Positions 39,086 to 49,998 of a stretch of 64,000 nucleotides of DNA are shown piece by piece. Each line of letters begins with the position of its first letter. The stretch's first letter is position 1. Under the pieces are notes generated by a model that was given only the letters and a program-made list of their open reading frames with translations, had not been told where the DNA came from and ran no database searches. This stretch comes from Alphaproteobacteria bacterium (GTDB lineage: Bacteria; Pseudomonadota; Alphaproteobacteria; UBA6615). The translations under genes and the position numbers were made by a program. The stretch lies in the NCBI GenBank assembly GCA_965261975.1, contig CBDHEC010000056.1, positions 32,001 to 96,000 on the forward strand. The letters run 5' to 3'.

Positions 39086-42000
39086 GCCTCACCGATTTCG
39101 ATCCCGATCTGCTTGACCGGGTCAGCATGCGGCAACGCGACGGTGCGGATGCCGGAGTGAGTGCCTGGGTGTCGGCCTCGGCGGGTGCGGGCAAGACCCG
39201 GGTCCTGCGCGACCGTGTTTTGCGGCTACTGCTCGCGGGCGTGGCGCCCCAGCGGGTGCTGTGCCTGACCTTTACGAAGGCAGCCGCGGCGGAAATGGCG
39301 CGGCGGATCAATGCCGAGCTGGGCGATTGGGCGGTTCTGGACGACGGCGCGCTTCACGCGCGGCTATCGGAGTTGCTCGGTGCCGATCCGCCTGACGACG
39401 CGGCCCGCCGGGCCCGTCAGTTGTTCGCGCGCGTGCTCGAGGCGCCGGGCGGCATGAAGATCATGACCATCCATGCCTTCTGCCAGTCGGTATTGCGCCG
39501 GTTTCCGCTCGAGGCGGGCGTGGTGCCTCATTTTCAGGTCATGGAGGAGCGTGACGCCGGCGAGTTGCTGGAAGATGCGAAGGCAGAGTTGCTGGCCAGC
39601 GCGCATATGGACGATGGCGATCTGGGCATGTCGGTCGCCAATGTGGCCGGGCGGGTACACGAGATGCGCTTCCCCGATCTCCTCAACGAGATATCCCGCG
39701 CCCGGGCGCCGTTCGCCGATATGCTGCAGAACTTCGGCGGCCTCGACGGTGTTCGCGCGCGGATCGCCGGAACCCTCGACGTGGCACCGGACACCGACCC
39801 GGCGGTGGTTCTCGAAAGTGCATGTGCGGACAGCGCGTTCGACGGTGCCTCTCTGCGCCACGCGGTGGAGACCCTGGCCGGGGGGTCTTCGGGCGACAGC
39901 AAGCGCGCCGCCCTCATAGGTGACTGGCTCTCGGGAGATGCCGAGGCGCGTGGCGAAAGCTTCGATGCCTATGCGCTGGCTTATCTCACGCAGCAGGGAG
40001 AGCCCCGCAAGCAGCTCGCGACCAAGGCGATCCGGGAAAAGCATCCCGATGTAGATGCGGCGTTGCAGGCCGAGGGCGAGCGCCTGTTGGCGGTACGCGA
40101 ACTGCTGCGGAAAGCCGATCTGTACCAGGCGAACAGCGCCCTGATCCGGCTCGCGGCAGAGCTCGTGGCGCGCTACGAAGCACGCAAGGCCGCGAGCGGC
40201 CGGCTGGACTATGATGACCTGATCGCGCGCACGCGCAGCTTGTTGCGCGGCGACGGTGCGGCGGCCTGGGTGTTGTTCAAGCTGGACGGCGGCATCGACC
40301 ATGTCCTGATCGACGAGGCGCAGGATACCAACCCGGAACAATGGGACGTCGTGCTGGCCCTGGTGGAGGAGTTTTTCGCCGGGATGGGGGCCGGAGATGA
40401 AGCGGCCGAGGCTGCGGGGCTGCCCGCGCGTAGCGTGTTTGCCGTCGGCGATGCGAAGCAGTCGATCTACAGTTTCCAGGGCGCCGATCCGAGCCGGTTC
40501 GAGGCGGTCCGAAAGTTCCTTGAAGCCCGTGCGACGGATGCCCGACGGGCGTGGAAGAATGTCGCGCTCGATTTCTCGTTCCGTTCGTCTCGTCCCGTTC
40601 TCGAGGCGGTCGACCGGGTCTTTGCGGAACCCCGGGCCGGGGCCGGGGTGGTCGATCCCGATGCGCCGGCCCAACACACGCCGTTGCGGGACAGGGCGGC
40701 GGGCCGCGTCGAGCTCTGGCCACCGCTTGTCGTCGACAAGCTCGACGAACCCGAACCATGGAAGCCACCTGTCGATCCGGTCACGAGGGCCGGTGCGATG
40801 GAGCAGCTGGCCGAGTTGATCGCCACACGCACGGCCGACTGGCTCGCCTCCGACGAGATGCTCGAAAGCCAGGGACGGCCGATCGAGGCCGGTGACATCA
40901 TGGTGTTGGTGCGCCAGCGCGGTGATTTCGTCGAGGCCCTTGTCCGGGCGTTCAAGGCCCGCGGCGTGCCGGTCGCCGGTGTCGACCGAATGATCCTCAG
41001 CGAGCAGATCACGGTCATGGATCTCCTGGCTCTGGGTGCGTTCCTGCTGTTACCCGAGGATGATCTGAACCTAGCGACCTTGCTCAAGAGCCCGCTGATC
41101 GGTTTCGACGAGGATCTTCTGTTCACGCTGGCCCACGACCGGGGCGAGGACAGCCTCTGGCCGACGCTGGCCCGGCGTCGAGACGCGGATTCGCGATTTG
41201 CCGAGGCGCACGACCTGTTGGCCGACTTGCTGGCGCGGGTCGATTTCGAGCGCCCCTATGAGCTTTATGCCGGTGTGCTCGCGCGGGGCGGCCGGGCGCG
41301 GCTGTTTGCGCGCCTCGGACCCGATGCGGCGGACCCGATCGACGAGTTTCTCTCCCTTGCATTGACCTATGAGCGCAGCCACGCCCCGACCTTGCAGGGG
41401 TTCCTGCATTGGGTCGCCGCGGGGCAGGCGGAGATCAAACGCGACCTCGACCAGACCGGTGGCGCGGTGCGGGTGATGACGGTCCATGGCGCCAAGGGAC
41501 TGGAGGCCCCGATCGTGTTCCTGCCCGATACGACGCGCCTGCCGCGCATGCTGCCGAACATTCTCTGGGATGAAGACGATCGGGGGGCGTATTTCCTCTG
41601 GTTGCCCCGGGCCGATGATGCGGATGCCCGAACCCAGTCTCTGCGCGAACGGGTTCGTGCGCGGCGTGATGAAGAATATCGACGGCTTCTCTATGTGGCG
41701 ATGACCCGGGCCGAGGAGCGCCTCTATGTCTGTGGCTGGAACGCACCTGCCGAGGGTTCCTGGTACGACCTCATCCGCCCGGCAATGGCGTCGGTGGCGC
41801 GGGTTGTCGAAGACCCCGTCCTGGCGTCGATCGCGACCGAGGAGACACCGGTTCTTCGGCTGTCCGCACCCCAGCGCGGGGCGGTCGAGCAGGCCGAAAA
41901 TGACGCTCCGCCGCCGACGACAGCACCACCGGTCTGGCTTGGGCAGCCCGCACCACCTGAGCCCGCCCCGCCGCGGCCGCTGGCCCCGTCCAACCCCGGC

Positions 42001-42573
42001 GAGGACCCGCCGGTGCGCGCGCCGGCCGGGCCCGCCGAGGACGGTGCGCGTTTCGTGCGGGGCAATATCCTGCACCGGTTGTTGCAATGGTTGCCGTCGC
42101 TGGCGCCGGACCAGCGCCGCGATTCGGCTCTGCGGTACCTTGCGCGACCCGGGCTGGGTCTCGACCCCGCTGCACAAGCCGCGCTTGCGGGCGAGGTGAT
42201 GGGGGTTCTGGACGCGGGCGATTTTTCCCATTTGTTCGGAGCGGATAGCCTTGCGGAGGTGTCGATTACCGGAACGGCGACCGCGCCGGACGGCACAATC
42301 TTTGTGATCTCCGGGCAAATCGACCGGCTTGTGCTTTCCGACGGGCGGGTTGCGATCGTCGATTACAAGTCGAACCGCCCACCCCCGGCGCACGCAACCG
42401 ATGTAGCCCCGATTTACCTGCGCCAGATGGCGGCTTACCGGCACGTTGTCCGTGAAACCTGGCCCGACCGGGAGGTCGATGCATACCTGCTCTGGACCGA
42501 TGCGCCACGCCTGATGTCGTTGCCGAACGAGGTGCTCGACCCCTTCGCGCCGACGGGTCGCACGCCTGTGTGA
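39082..42573 (+). CDS. addA: Helicase/nuclease AddA
   Basis: ASAGAGKT; LTFTKAAA; IDEAQD; VGDAKQSIYSFQGA; MTVHGAKGLE; YVAMTRA; IDRL…VDYKS. Confidence 0.97.
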   Translation: MSLTDFDPDLLDRVSMRQRDGADAGVSAWVSASAGAGKTRVLRDRVLRLLLAGVAPQRVLCLTFTKAAAAEMARRINAELGDWAVLDDGALHARLSELLGADPPDDAARRARQLFARVLEAPGGMKIMTIHAFCQSVLRRFPLEAGVVPHFQVMEERDAGELLEDAKAELLASAHMDDGDLGMSVANVAGRVHEMRFPDLLNEISRARAPFADMLQNFGGLDGVRARIAGTLDVAPDTDPAVVLESACADSAFDGASLRHAVETLAGGSSGDSKRAALIGDWLSGDAEARGESFDAYALAYLTQQGEPRKQLATKAIREKHPDVDAALQAEGERLLAVRELLRKADLYQANSALIRLAAELVARYEARKAASGRLDYDDLIARTRSLLRGDGAAAWVLFKLDGGIDHVLIDEAQDTNPEQWDVVLALVEEFFAGMGAGDEAAEAAGLPARSVFAVGDAKQSIYSFQGADPSRFEAVRKFLEARATDARRAWKNVALDFSFRSSRPVLEAVDRVFAEPRAGAGVVDPDAPAQHTPLRDRAAGRVELWPPLVVDKLDEPEPWKPPVDPVTRAGAMEQLAELIATRTADWLASDEMLESQGRPIEAGDIMVLVRQRGDFVEALVRAFKARGVPVAGVDRMILSEQITVMDLLALGAFLLLPEDDLNLATLLKSPLIGFDEDLLFTLAHDRGEDSLWPTLARRRDADSRFAEAHDLLADLLARVDFERPYELYAGVLARGGRARLFARLGPDAADPIDEFLSLALTYERSHAPTLQGFLHWVAAGQAEIKRDLDQTGGAVRVMTVHGAKGLEAPIVFLPDTTRLPRMLPNILWDEDDRGAYFLWLPRADDADARTQSLRERVRARRDEEYRRLLYVAMTRAEERLYVCGWNAPAEGSWYDLIRPAMASVARVVEDPVLASIATEETPVLRLSAPQRGAVEQAENDAPPPTTAPPVWLGQPAPPEPAPPRPLAPSNPGEDPPVRAPAGPAEDGARFVRGNILHRLLQWLPSLAPDQRRDSALRYLARPGLGLDPAAQAALAGEVMGVLDAGDFSHLFGADSLAEVSITGTATAPDGTIFVISGQIDRLVLSDGRVAIVDYKSNRPPPAHATDVAPIYLRQMAAYRHVVRETWPDREVDAYLLWTDAPRLMSLPNEVLDPFAPTGRTPV

Positions 42574-42594
42574 TCGCTCGGTGAGGTCCGAATT

Positions 42595-42623
42595 CTTGAC
42601 GACGCATTGATGTGAACCTACCT
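42595..42623 (+). promoter_or_regulatory. Putative trxA promoter, alphaproteobacterial RpoH-like
   Basis: CTTGAC-N16-CCTACCT. Confidence 0.45.
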
Positions 42624-42687
42624 TCGTTTCCAACGAAAGTTACACAGTGGCGCCTGCCCGCGCCCGGACCGCTGAAAAGGATTGAGC

Positions 42688-43008
42688 ATGCCCTCCAAAC
42701 AAATCACGGATGATTCCTTCGAGACCGATGTACTGCAGTCGGACAAGCCTGTTCTGGTGGATTTCTGGGCCGAATGGTGCGGCCCGTGCAAGCAGATCGG
42801 CCCGACCCTCGAAGAGCTCGCCAATGACAAGGATGGCGATGTCGTCGTTGCGAAGCTGAACATCGATGACAACCCGATGACCCCGTCGAAATACGGCGTC
42901 CGCGGCATCCCGACATTGCTGCTGTTCAAGGATGGCCAGGTGGCATCCATGAAGGTCGGCAGCCTGCCCAAGAGCCAGATTTACGATTGGGTTGAATCGG
43001 TCCTCTAG
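42688..43008 (+). CDS. trxA: Thioredoxin
   Basis: [11 protein letters not shown]; GIPTL. Confidence 0.97.
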   Translation: MPSKQITDDSFETDVLQSDKPVLVDFWAEWCGPCKQIGPTLEELANDKDGDVVVAKLNIDDNPMTPSKYGVRGIPTLLLFKDGQVASMKVGSLPKSQIYDWVESVL

Positions 43009-43029
43009 ACCATCCCCGATACGACATCG

Positions 43030-43057
43030 AAAACCCCGCCTTGTTGGCGGGGTTTTT
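43030..43057. terminator. Bidirectional Rho-independent terminator
   Basis: AAAACCCCGCC-TTGTT-GGCGGGGTTTTT between convergent genes. Confidence 0.85.
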
Positions 43058-43092
43058 ATTTGGCCGGGCGGCCTGTCATATCCCGGCGAGGC

Positions 43093-44169
43093 CTAGGTGG
43101 CCTGTCCCCGTTCGCGGTAGCGCTCGAGGAACTGACGGCCACTTTCGTCATACATGAACGAGAGCAGGGTGTATCGCTGTCCCTTGGTCACGTCGGTCGC
43201 CTCGTGCAGCAGGTTGCATGAGAATATCGCTGCTTCCCCGGTCGCCGGGCGGTAGCTCGCCTGGCCATATTCCGGGAACCGTAATTCTCCACCCTCATGA
43301 TCCTCGGTGTTGAGGTTGAGGGTCATGGCGAAACGTCGATGCGCGGTGCCCAGCGTGGTGTTGTCGCGATGGGGGCGGAAGAACCCGCCGACATCGGCGT
43401 CGTACCGCACGATCTTGAACTCCTCGACGAAGCGAATATCGCTGTGGAAGGCGTTCCTGATCTCCGGCAGCACGCGGCGTTCGATCCGGCTGCCGATCGC
43501 CTCGAGCAAATCCTTGTCGACGACATGATGGTCCCGTCGCCGCTTGGTCACACCATCGGTGAGGTGCACCATCTTGCCTTCCTCCATGCGCAGCGTGCCG
43601 GAAGGCTCGTTGCCCCGGCTCTCGAATTGTTCGATCAGCCACTGGCAAAAGGAGGGTGAGAAGACTTCGGGGATAACCAGGATGGGCGGGTGCAGCTTTG
43701 CGGGCGAGGGAACCGGGGGGTCCATCGCGGCGATTTCGGCTGCCGCGCGTTCGGCGATCGGGGTGTCGCCGGGCCGGAGCACCGTGCGGACCTTCTGATC
43801 GGGCCCGAAGACGAAGCCGATCAGCTTGCCGCGGGCACCGAACCGGCTCGCGACTTTCTTGTCGGCGTCGGACAGGAGAAAAAACCCTGGTTCGTTCTCG
43901 GCGGCGATTCTCTGCACCAGGGGTATCGGGTCGGCGCTGATCGCGAACAGATGTGCCCCGGCCTCCAGCATGGCGGGTGCGGCGCGGAACATCGCCTGCA
44001 ACTCGCCCAGTGCGCCGGGGTCCTTCTGGGTCGGGTACAGCAGGACGAACAGCGGCCCGCCACGGGCCTTGTCGTTCAGATTGATGATGATGTCGCGCTG
44101 ATCGGGCAGGAAGAAATTCGGCGCGCGGTCGCCCCGTTCGAGCAGGTTTTCAAGCTTTGGTGCGCTCAT
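43093..44169 (-). CDS. AhpC/BCP-like redoxin domain fused to a 2OG-Fe(II) oxygenase domain
   Basis: GDRAPNFFLPDQ…AISAD…LLSD (redoxin); HRD…EGGELRFPE…H..TDVTKGQRY (HxD…H…R). Confidence 0.85.
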   Translation of the reverse strand: MSAPKLENLLERGDRAPNFFLPDQRDIIINLNDKARGGPLFVLLYPTQKDPGALGELQAMFRAAPAMLEAGAHLFAISADPIPLVQRIAAENEPGFFLLSDADKKVASRFGARGKLIGFVFGPDQKVRTVLRPGDTPIAERAAAEIAAMDPPVPSPAKLHPPILVIPEVFSPSFCQWLIEQFESRGNEPSGTLRMEEGKMVHLTDGVTKRRRDHHVVDKDLLEAIGSRIERRVLPEIRNAFHSDIRFVEEFKIVRYDADVGGFFRPHRDNTTLGTAHRRFAMTLNLNTEDHEGGELRFPEYGQASYRPATGEAAIFSCNLLHEATDVTKGQRYTLLSFMYDESGRQFLERYRERGQAT

Positions 44170-44251
44170 GTACTTGGTACTCCAGCGGGCCGATCCATGC
44201 CTATGACCTTGTCTACAGTACTGCCGGTGCTACGCCGGGTCCAAGAAGTGT

Positions 44252-45571
44252 TCAGTTGTTCGCGCGCAATGTCGCACCCACGAGCAGATGTGACCCGGTG
44301 ACGAGCACGCGTGCCGGCGTGGGGGTTTCGCCGATTTGTGACAGCGCGTCCGCGACCGATCCGGCTGCATGCGCCGTCAGACCGGCGCGTTCGGCGGCGG
44401 CGACCATATCCGTTACGGGCATGGCGCGGGGCTCGCCGTCGAGAGGGACGGCCGTGGCGCTGGTTGCGAGCGTCGTGAAGGGGGCCAGAAAACCGGAGAT
44501 ATCCTTGTCGTCCAGCATGGCGAAGATGAGGTGGAACGGGCGTGAGCTCCGTGCCTGGAGATCGCCAAAGGCATCTGACAGCGCTGCAGCCCCCATCGGG
44601 TTATGCGCCACATCCAGCCACAGTTCGGCCCCGTCGGGAAGCAACGCCGGGAGCGGGCCCGATGTCAGCCGCTGCATCCGACCTGGCCATCGCGCGTGCG
44701 CGAGGCCGGTTTGTATGGCGTCATCGCCAACGCCGGGAAACGCGCAGACGTCGAGGCAGGCCGCGGCAAGGGCCGCGTTGTCGATTTGGTGGCGCCCCGG
44801 CAGGCCGGGTCGGGGCAGGTTCCATTGGGTCCCGCCGCGTGTGTAGTCGCCGCCGCCATCGGCTGCGGCGGCGGCTTGCCATTCGACGCCGGCGCGATAG
44901 AGCGGCGCGCCGATATCATCCGCATAACGGTCGATCACGGCGGCGGCGTCGGGGTGTTGGGGGGCCACGATGGACGCCACGTCGTGCTTCTGGATAGCGG
45001 CCTTCTCGCCCGCGATCTCGGCCAGCGTGTTTCCGAGGAAGCCCATATGGTCGTAGCCGATCGGGGTGATGATGGTCGCGGCGGGCCCGGCGACGACGTT
45101 GGTGGCATCGAACCGGCCGCCCAGCCCCGTCTCCAGCAACACGACATCTGCGCGCGCACGGGCCATGGCAAGGAAGGCCGCGGCCGTGGTGATCTCGTAT
45201 TCGGTGATGGGCCTGCCGGCGTTGCGATCTTCGATCTCCTCCAGCAGCATCCGCAATGCTGCATCGGACATGATCTCGCCGGCGATCTTGTAACGTTCGG
45301 CGAAGCGCTGCAGATGCGGCGACGTATAGGCGCTGACTTTCAGGCCGGCGGCCGTCAGGCATGCGTCGAGGAAGGCGGTTGTCGACCCCTTGCCGTTGGT
45401 GCCGGCGATGTGAATGACCGGCGCCAGCTTGGCTTGCGGGTTGTCGAGGTCCGACAGCAGCCGGTGCATCCGGTCGAGGGACAGGTCGATACGGTCGGGG
45501 TGGTAGGTGACAAACCGCGCGAGGATGGCCGCGATCGCGCTTTCGTCTGCGCCGGGGACGCTAGTCCCCAT
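44252..45571 (-). CDS. folC: Folylpolyglutamate synthase/dihydrofolate synthase
   Basis: HIAGTNGKGST; YTSPHL; ETGLGGRFDATN; WPGRMQ; DVAHN. Confidence 0.95.
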   Translation of the reverse strand: MGTSVPGADESAIAAILARFVTYHPDRIDLSLDRMHRLLSDLDNPQAKLAPVIHIAGTNGKGSTTAFLDACLTAAGLKVSAYTSPHLQRFAERYKIAGEIMSDAALRMLLEEIEDRNAGRPITEYEITTAAAFLAMARARADVVLLETGLGGRFDATNVVAGPAATIITPIGYDHMGFLGNTLAEIAGEKAAIQKHDVASIVAPQHPDAAAVIDRYADDIGAPLYRAGVEWQAAAAADGGGDYTRGGTQWNLPRPGLPGRHQIDNAALAAACLDVCAFPGVGDDAIQTGLAHARWPGRMQRLTSGPLPALLPDGAELWLDVAHNPMGAAALSDAFGDLQARSSRPFHLIFAMLDDKDISGFLAPFTTLATSATAVPLDGEPRAMPVTDMVAAAERAGLTAHAAGSVADALSQIGETPTPARVLVTGSHLLVGATLRANN

Positions 45572-46502
45572 TTGCGGAACTGGCGGCCGGGTCGTCGGCA
45601 GGGGCGGGCGCCGTCAGGGCGATGGGCGTCGGTTCGCCGCCGGTCGCGTCGCCACGGCCTTCGCGCAGAAGGTTCAGCATCTGCGCAATGGTCGCCTGCA
45701 TCTCGCCGCGCGGCACAACCATATCGACCATTCCGTGCTCGCGCAGGGATTCTGCGGTCTGAAAGCCCTCGGGAAGCTCTTCGCGGATAGTGTCCTTGAT
45801 GACGCGTTTGCCGGCGAAGCCGATGGTGGCGCCGGGCTCGGCAATCTGAATGTCCCCCAGCATCGCGAAGGATGCGGAGACACCGCCCGTGGTCGGGTCG
45901 GTCAGGATGACAATATAGGGAAGGCCGGCTTCGCGGACCTGCTCGACCGCCAACACCGTGCGCGGCATCTGGATCAGGCTGAGCATGCCTTCCTGCATCC
46001 GCGCGCCGCCCGATGCGGGGATGGCGATCAGGGCCGCATCCTGTGCGATGGCTTCCCGTGCGGCGGCGAGCAGGCCTTCACCCACGGCCTGGCCCATGGA
46101 CCCGCCCATGAAGCCGAAATCGAAGGCCGCGATGACGACCTTCTGGCCGCCGATCGTGCCATGGCCGACGACGATCGCTTCCGTCTCGCCGGACTTGCTC
46201 TGGGCGTCCTTGAGGCGATCGGTATAGCGCCGGCTATCGCGAAACTTGAGCGGGTCCGGTTTGACGGCCTGAAATTCGACCCGGGTGAACTCACCATCGT
46301 CGAACAGGAAACCCATGCGTGCCGCAGCGGGCAGGCGGATATGATGTCCGCAAGCGTGGCAGACATGCAGATTGTCGCTGAGTTCGCGATGGAACAACAT
46401 CTGCTCGCACGATGGGCATTTGTGCCAGAGATTATCCGGGACGTCCTTCTTGCCGACCAGCGCTTGAATTTTCGGTCGGACGAAATCGGTCAGCCAGCTC
46501 AT
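45561..46502 (-). CDS. accD: Acetyl-CoA carboxylase carboxyltransferase beta subunit
   Basis: C4 zinc finger; FMGGSMG; SGGARMQEG; PTTGGVSAS. Confidence 0.97.
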   Translation of the reverse strand: MSWLTDFVRPKIQALVGKKDVPDNLWHKCPSCEQMLFHRELSDNLHVCHACGHHIRLPAAARMGFLFDDGEFTRVEFQAVKPDPLKFRDSRRYTDRLKDAQSKSGETEAIVVGHGTIGGQKVVIAAFDFGFMGGSMGQAVGEGLLAAAREAIAQDAALIAIPASGGARMQEGMLSLIQMPRTVLAVEQVREAGLPYIVILTDPTTGGVSASFAMLGDIQIAEPGATIGFAGKRVIKDTIREELPEGFQTAESLREHGMVDMVVPRGEMQATIAQMLNLLREGRGDATGGEPTPIALTAPAPADDPAASSANGD

Positions 46503-46521
46503 TGGATCCTCGCTTGCCTGA

Positions 46522-47364
46522 TCATTTCGCCGCCTCGCGCACGCCCTCGGCGAGCGAGCGGGTGAGGTCGAGTACGTTCGTTACCAGTTCCGGCTTCGCC
46601 TTGCCGTTTGCATCCAGATTATCAGCGACCGTCTGCACGATGGCCGAACCGACCACAGCGGCGTCGGCGATTTGTGCGACCGCGCCGGCTTGCTCGGCTG
46701 TTCGGATGCCGAAGCCCACGGCGATCGGCAGGTCGGTATGCTTTCGCAGGCGCTCGATCGAGGCCTGAATATCCGACGCATCGGCCGATTTCGTGCCCGT
46801 GATCCCGGCGATTGCGACGTAATAGACGAAGCCCGATGTGTTCGCGATCACGGCGGGCAAGCGCACATCGTCGGTTGTCGGGGTGGCGAGGCGGATGAAG
46901 TGCATGCCCGCGTCCAATGCCGGCAGGCACAGCTCGACATCTTCCTCGGGCGGCAGATCGACCACGATCAGGCCATCGACGCCGGCGTCGCGCGCGTCGG
47001 CGAGGAACCGGTCGACGCCGTAGATATAGATGGGGTTGTAGTAGCCCATCAGGATGATCGGCGTTTCGTTGTCGTCGGCCCGGAACCGGCGGACCATGTC
47101 GAGGGTCCGGTCGAGGCGCGCACCGCCGGCCTTGGCGCGCAGGCCGGCCGCCTGGATCGCGGGCCCGTCGGCCATGGGGTCGGAATACATCACACCCAGC
47201 TCGATCAGGTCCGCGCCCGCGCCGGGCAATCCCTGCAGGATCTCGAAGCTGGTCTCGAGGTCCGGGTCGGCAGCCATCACAAACGGGATGAAGGCCGCAC
47301 GCTTCTCGCCCGCGAGCTTCTTGAATCGCGCCTCGATGCGGCCGCTGGTCTCGCCCCGGCTCAC
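46522..47364 (-). CDS. trpA: Tryptophan synthase alpha subunit
   Basis: [15 protein letters not shown]; MGYYNP; VGFGI; GTG start overlaps the trpB stop. Confidence 0.96.
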   Translation of the reverse strand: MSRGETSGRIEARFKKLAGEKRAAFIPFVMAADPDLETSFEILQGLPGAGADLIELGVMYSDPMADGPAIQAAGLRAKAGGARLDRTLDMVRRFRADDNETPIILMGYYNPIYIYGVDRFLADARDAGVDGLIVVDLPPEEDVELCLPALDAGMHFIRLATPTTDDVRLPAVIANTSGFVYYVAIAGITGTKSADASDIQASIERLRKHTDLPIAVGFGIRTAEQAGAVAQIADAAVVGSAIVQTVADNLDANGKAKPELVTNVLDLTRSLAEGVREAAK

Positions 47365-48575
47365 AGCGCCACTCCCAGCGCGTCGGCGATCGTGAACACA
47401 TCCTTGTCGCCGCGCCCGCACATATTCATGACCAGCAGATGGTCGGCGGGCAGGTCGCCCGCGATCTTGCCGACATGGGCCAGCGCGTGGGACGGCTCAA
47501 GTGCGGGGACGATGCCCTCCAGGCGCGAGCAGAGCTGAAAGGCGTCGAGCGCTTCCTGGTCGGTGACCGAGACATACTCGACCCGGCCGGACTCATGCAG
47601 CCAGGAATGTTCCGGACCGATGCCCGGGTAGTCGAGCCCGGCGGAGATCGAATGGGCGTCGAGAATCTGGCCGTCGTCATCCTGCAGCAGGAACGTCCGG
47701 TTGCCATGCAGCACGCCCGGGCGCCCGCCGGTCAGGGAGGCGGCGTGTTCGCCGGTCTCGATGCCATGGCCCGCGGCCTCGACACCGATGATGTGCACAT
47801 CCTTGTCGTCGAGGAAGGGATAGAACAGACCCATCGCGTTGGATCCGCCGCCGATGCAGGCGATGAGTGAATCCGGCAGGCGGCCTTCCGCAGCCTGCAT
47901 CTGCGCCTTCGTCTCTTCGCCGATGATCTTCTGGAAATCCCGTACCATCGCCGGGTAGGGGTGAGGGCCCGCCACCGTGCCGATCAGATAATAGGTATCC
48001 TCGACATTCGCGACCCAGTCGCGCAGGGCATCGTTCATCGCATCCTTGAGGGTCGCCGTGCCGCTGGTAACGGGAATGACCTCCGCGCCCAGGAGCTTCA
48101 TCCGGAACACGTTCGGGGCCTGCCGCTCGATATCCGTCGCGCCCATATAGACCACGCATTGCAGGCCGAAGCGCGCGCAGACCGTGGCCGTGGCGACGCC
48201 GTGCTGACCCGCGCCGGTTTCGGCGATGATCCGCTTCTTGCCCATGCGCTTGGCAAGCAGGATCTGGCCCATGCAGTTGTTGATCTTGTGGGCGCCGGTA
48301 TGGTTCAGCTCGTCGCGCTTGAAATAGATCTTCGCACCGCCGAAATGCTCCGTGATCCGCTCGGCGAAATAGAGCGGGCTCGGCCGTCCCACATAGTGGG
48401 TCAGATACTCATCCAGCTCGGCCTGGAAGCTCGGGTCGGCCTTCGCGTCCTCGTAGGCCTGCTCGACTTCGAGAATTAGCGGCATTAGCGTTTCGGCGAC
48501 AAACCGGCCGCCGAAAATGCCGAAATGCCCGTGTTCGTCCGGGCCGTTATGGTAGCTGTTGGGTTCCGCACTCAT
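47361..48575 (-). CDS. trpB: Tryptophan synthase beta subunit
   Basis: [11 protein letters not shown]; AETGAGQHG; GGGSNA; [10 protein letters not shown]. Confidence 0.98.
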   Translation of the reverse strand: MSAEPNSYHNGPDEHGHFGIFGGRFVAETLMPLILEVEQAYEDAKADPSFQAELDEYLTHYVGRPSPLYFAERITEHFGGAKIYFKRDELNHTGAHKINNCMGQILLAKRMGKKRIIAETGAGQHGVATATVCARFGLQCVVYMGATDIERQAPNVFRMKLLGAEVIPVTSGTATLKDAMNDALRDWVANVEDTYYLIGTVAGPHPYPAMVRDFQKIIGEETKAQMQAAEGRLPDSLIACIGGGSNAMGLFYPFLDDKDVHIIGVEAAGHGIETGEHAASLTGGRPGVLHGNRTFLLQDDDGQILDAHSISAGLDYPGIGPEHSWLHESGRVEYVSVTDQEALDAFQLCSRLEGIVPALEPSHALAHVGKIAGDLPADHLLVMNMCGRGDKDVFTIADALGVAL

Positions 48576-48621
48576 CGTCGCTGCTTATACATCGTTGTTG
48601 GTCTGCTCAACAGTAAACCCG

Positions 48622-49269
48622 TCACAGGCTTCCCACCTCTTCCAGGAATGTTCTGATCCGGGCCGGGTCCTTGCGGCCCGGGGCGGCCTCCACGCCCGAT
48701 GATACATCGACGATGGTGGCCCCTGACGCGAGAACGGCCTCGGTCACGTTATCTGCGTTGATCCCGCCCGCGAGCATCCAGGGGACCGGCCATTCATGGG
48801 CCGACAACAAGGTCCAGTCGAAGGCCAGCGCGTTGCCGCCGGGCAGGGCGTCGGTCATTTCCTTCGGCGCCTTGGCGTCGAACATCAGCCAGTCGACCGC
48901 GCCGGCATAGGCGTGGGTTGCCTCGATGTCGTCGGCGTTCGCGACCTTGATCACCTTCATGACCGGCAGCCCCGTGCGCTCACGAATGTCGAGGCAGCGA
49001 TCGGGGCTCTCGGCGCCATGCAACTGGATCAGGTCGAGCGGCACCTTCGCCAGCACCGTGTCGAGCAGGGCGTCATCGGGGTCGACGAACAGCCCGACCC
49101 TGGCCACACCTGCCGGCACGAGCGCGGCCAGCGTGGCGGCGGTTTCGGGGTCGAGCGCGCGCGGGCTCGGCGGATAGAAGACGAGGCCGACATAGCGCGC
49201 GCCCGCCTCGATGGCCGTGCGCATCGCGGTTTCGTCGTTGATGCCACAAATCTTGGCGGTCACCTTCAT
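48622..49269 (-). CDS. trpF: Phosphoribosylanthranilate isomerase
   Basis: AKICGI; QLHG; LAGG; DVSSGVE. Confidence 0.95.
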   Translation of the reverse strand: MKVTAKICGINDETAMRTAIEAGARYVGLVFYPPSPRALDPETAATLAALVPAGVARVGLFVDPDDALLDTVLAKVPLDLIQLHGAESPDRCLDIRERTGLPVMKVIKVANADDIEATHAYAGAVDWLMFDAKAPKEMTDALPGGNALAFDWTLLSAHEWPVPWMLAGGINADNVTEAVLASGATIVDVSSGVEAAPGRKDPARIRTFLEEVGSL

Positions 49270-49985
49270 CCGGCCAGCTCGTTCGAAATTCGCGCGGCGG
49301 CGGCGGCGGGATCGTCGGCGCCCGTGATGGGGCGGCCGATCACCAGGACGTCGGCGCCGTCGTTGCGGGCCTGGGCGGGGGTCGTGATGCGTTTCTGGTC
49401 GCCTGTCGCCGCCCATTCAGGGCGGATGCCTGGCACGATCAGCTTGAAGTCGGGCCCGCAGGCCGCGCGGATGGCGCTGATCTCGGCCGGCGAACACACC
49501 ACCCCGTCGAGCCCCTCGGACTGGACGAGCTGCGCCAGGCGAACGACCTGATCGCGCGCCGGTGTGGATTGGCCGACCGCCGACAAGTCGGCATCATCGA
49601 GGCTGGTCAGCACTGTCACGGCGATGACGAGAGGCCGTTGTGACCCGCCGGATTGCTCGGCCGCCTCGCGTGCCGCGGCCAGCATCGCCGGGCCGCCCGC
49701 GGCGTGGACATTGACGATCGCCGTGCCGAGATCGGCGACCGCGCGGACCGCGCCGGCGACCGTGTTGGGGATGTCGTGGAACTTGAGGTCGAGGAAGACC
49801 GGCAGGCCGAGATCGACGATCGCACGGACCCCGTCTGCGCCGTTCGCCGAGAAGAATTCGAGCCCGGTCTTCACCCCGCCCACATGCCCGCGCAAAGCCT
49901 CGGCCCAGGCGCGTGCCTGGCCGAGATCGGTGGTGTCGAGGGCCGCGAAGACGGGGTTTGCGGGCAATTGTGGCTGGTTCGTCAT
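49266..49985 (-). CDS. pyrF: Orotidine-5'-phosphate decarboxylase
   Basis: FLDLKFHDIPNTV; VTVLTS; PGIRP; DQKRI; VIGRPI. Confidence 0.96.
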   Translation of the reverse strand: MTNQPQLPANPVFAALDTTDLGQARAWAEALRGHVGGVKTGLEFFSANGADGVRAIVDLGLPVFLDLKFHDIPNTVAGAVRAVADLGTAIVNVHAAGGPAMLAAAREAAEQSGGSQRPLVIAVTVLTSLDDADLSAVGQSTPARDQVVRLAQLVQSEGLDGVVCSPAEISAIRAACGPDFKLIVPGIRPEWAATGDQKRITTPAQARNDGADVLVIGRPITGADDPAAAAARISNELAG

Positions 49986-49998
49986 GACAGCGCAGCTT

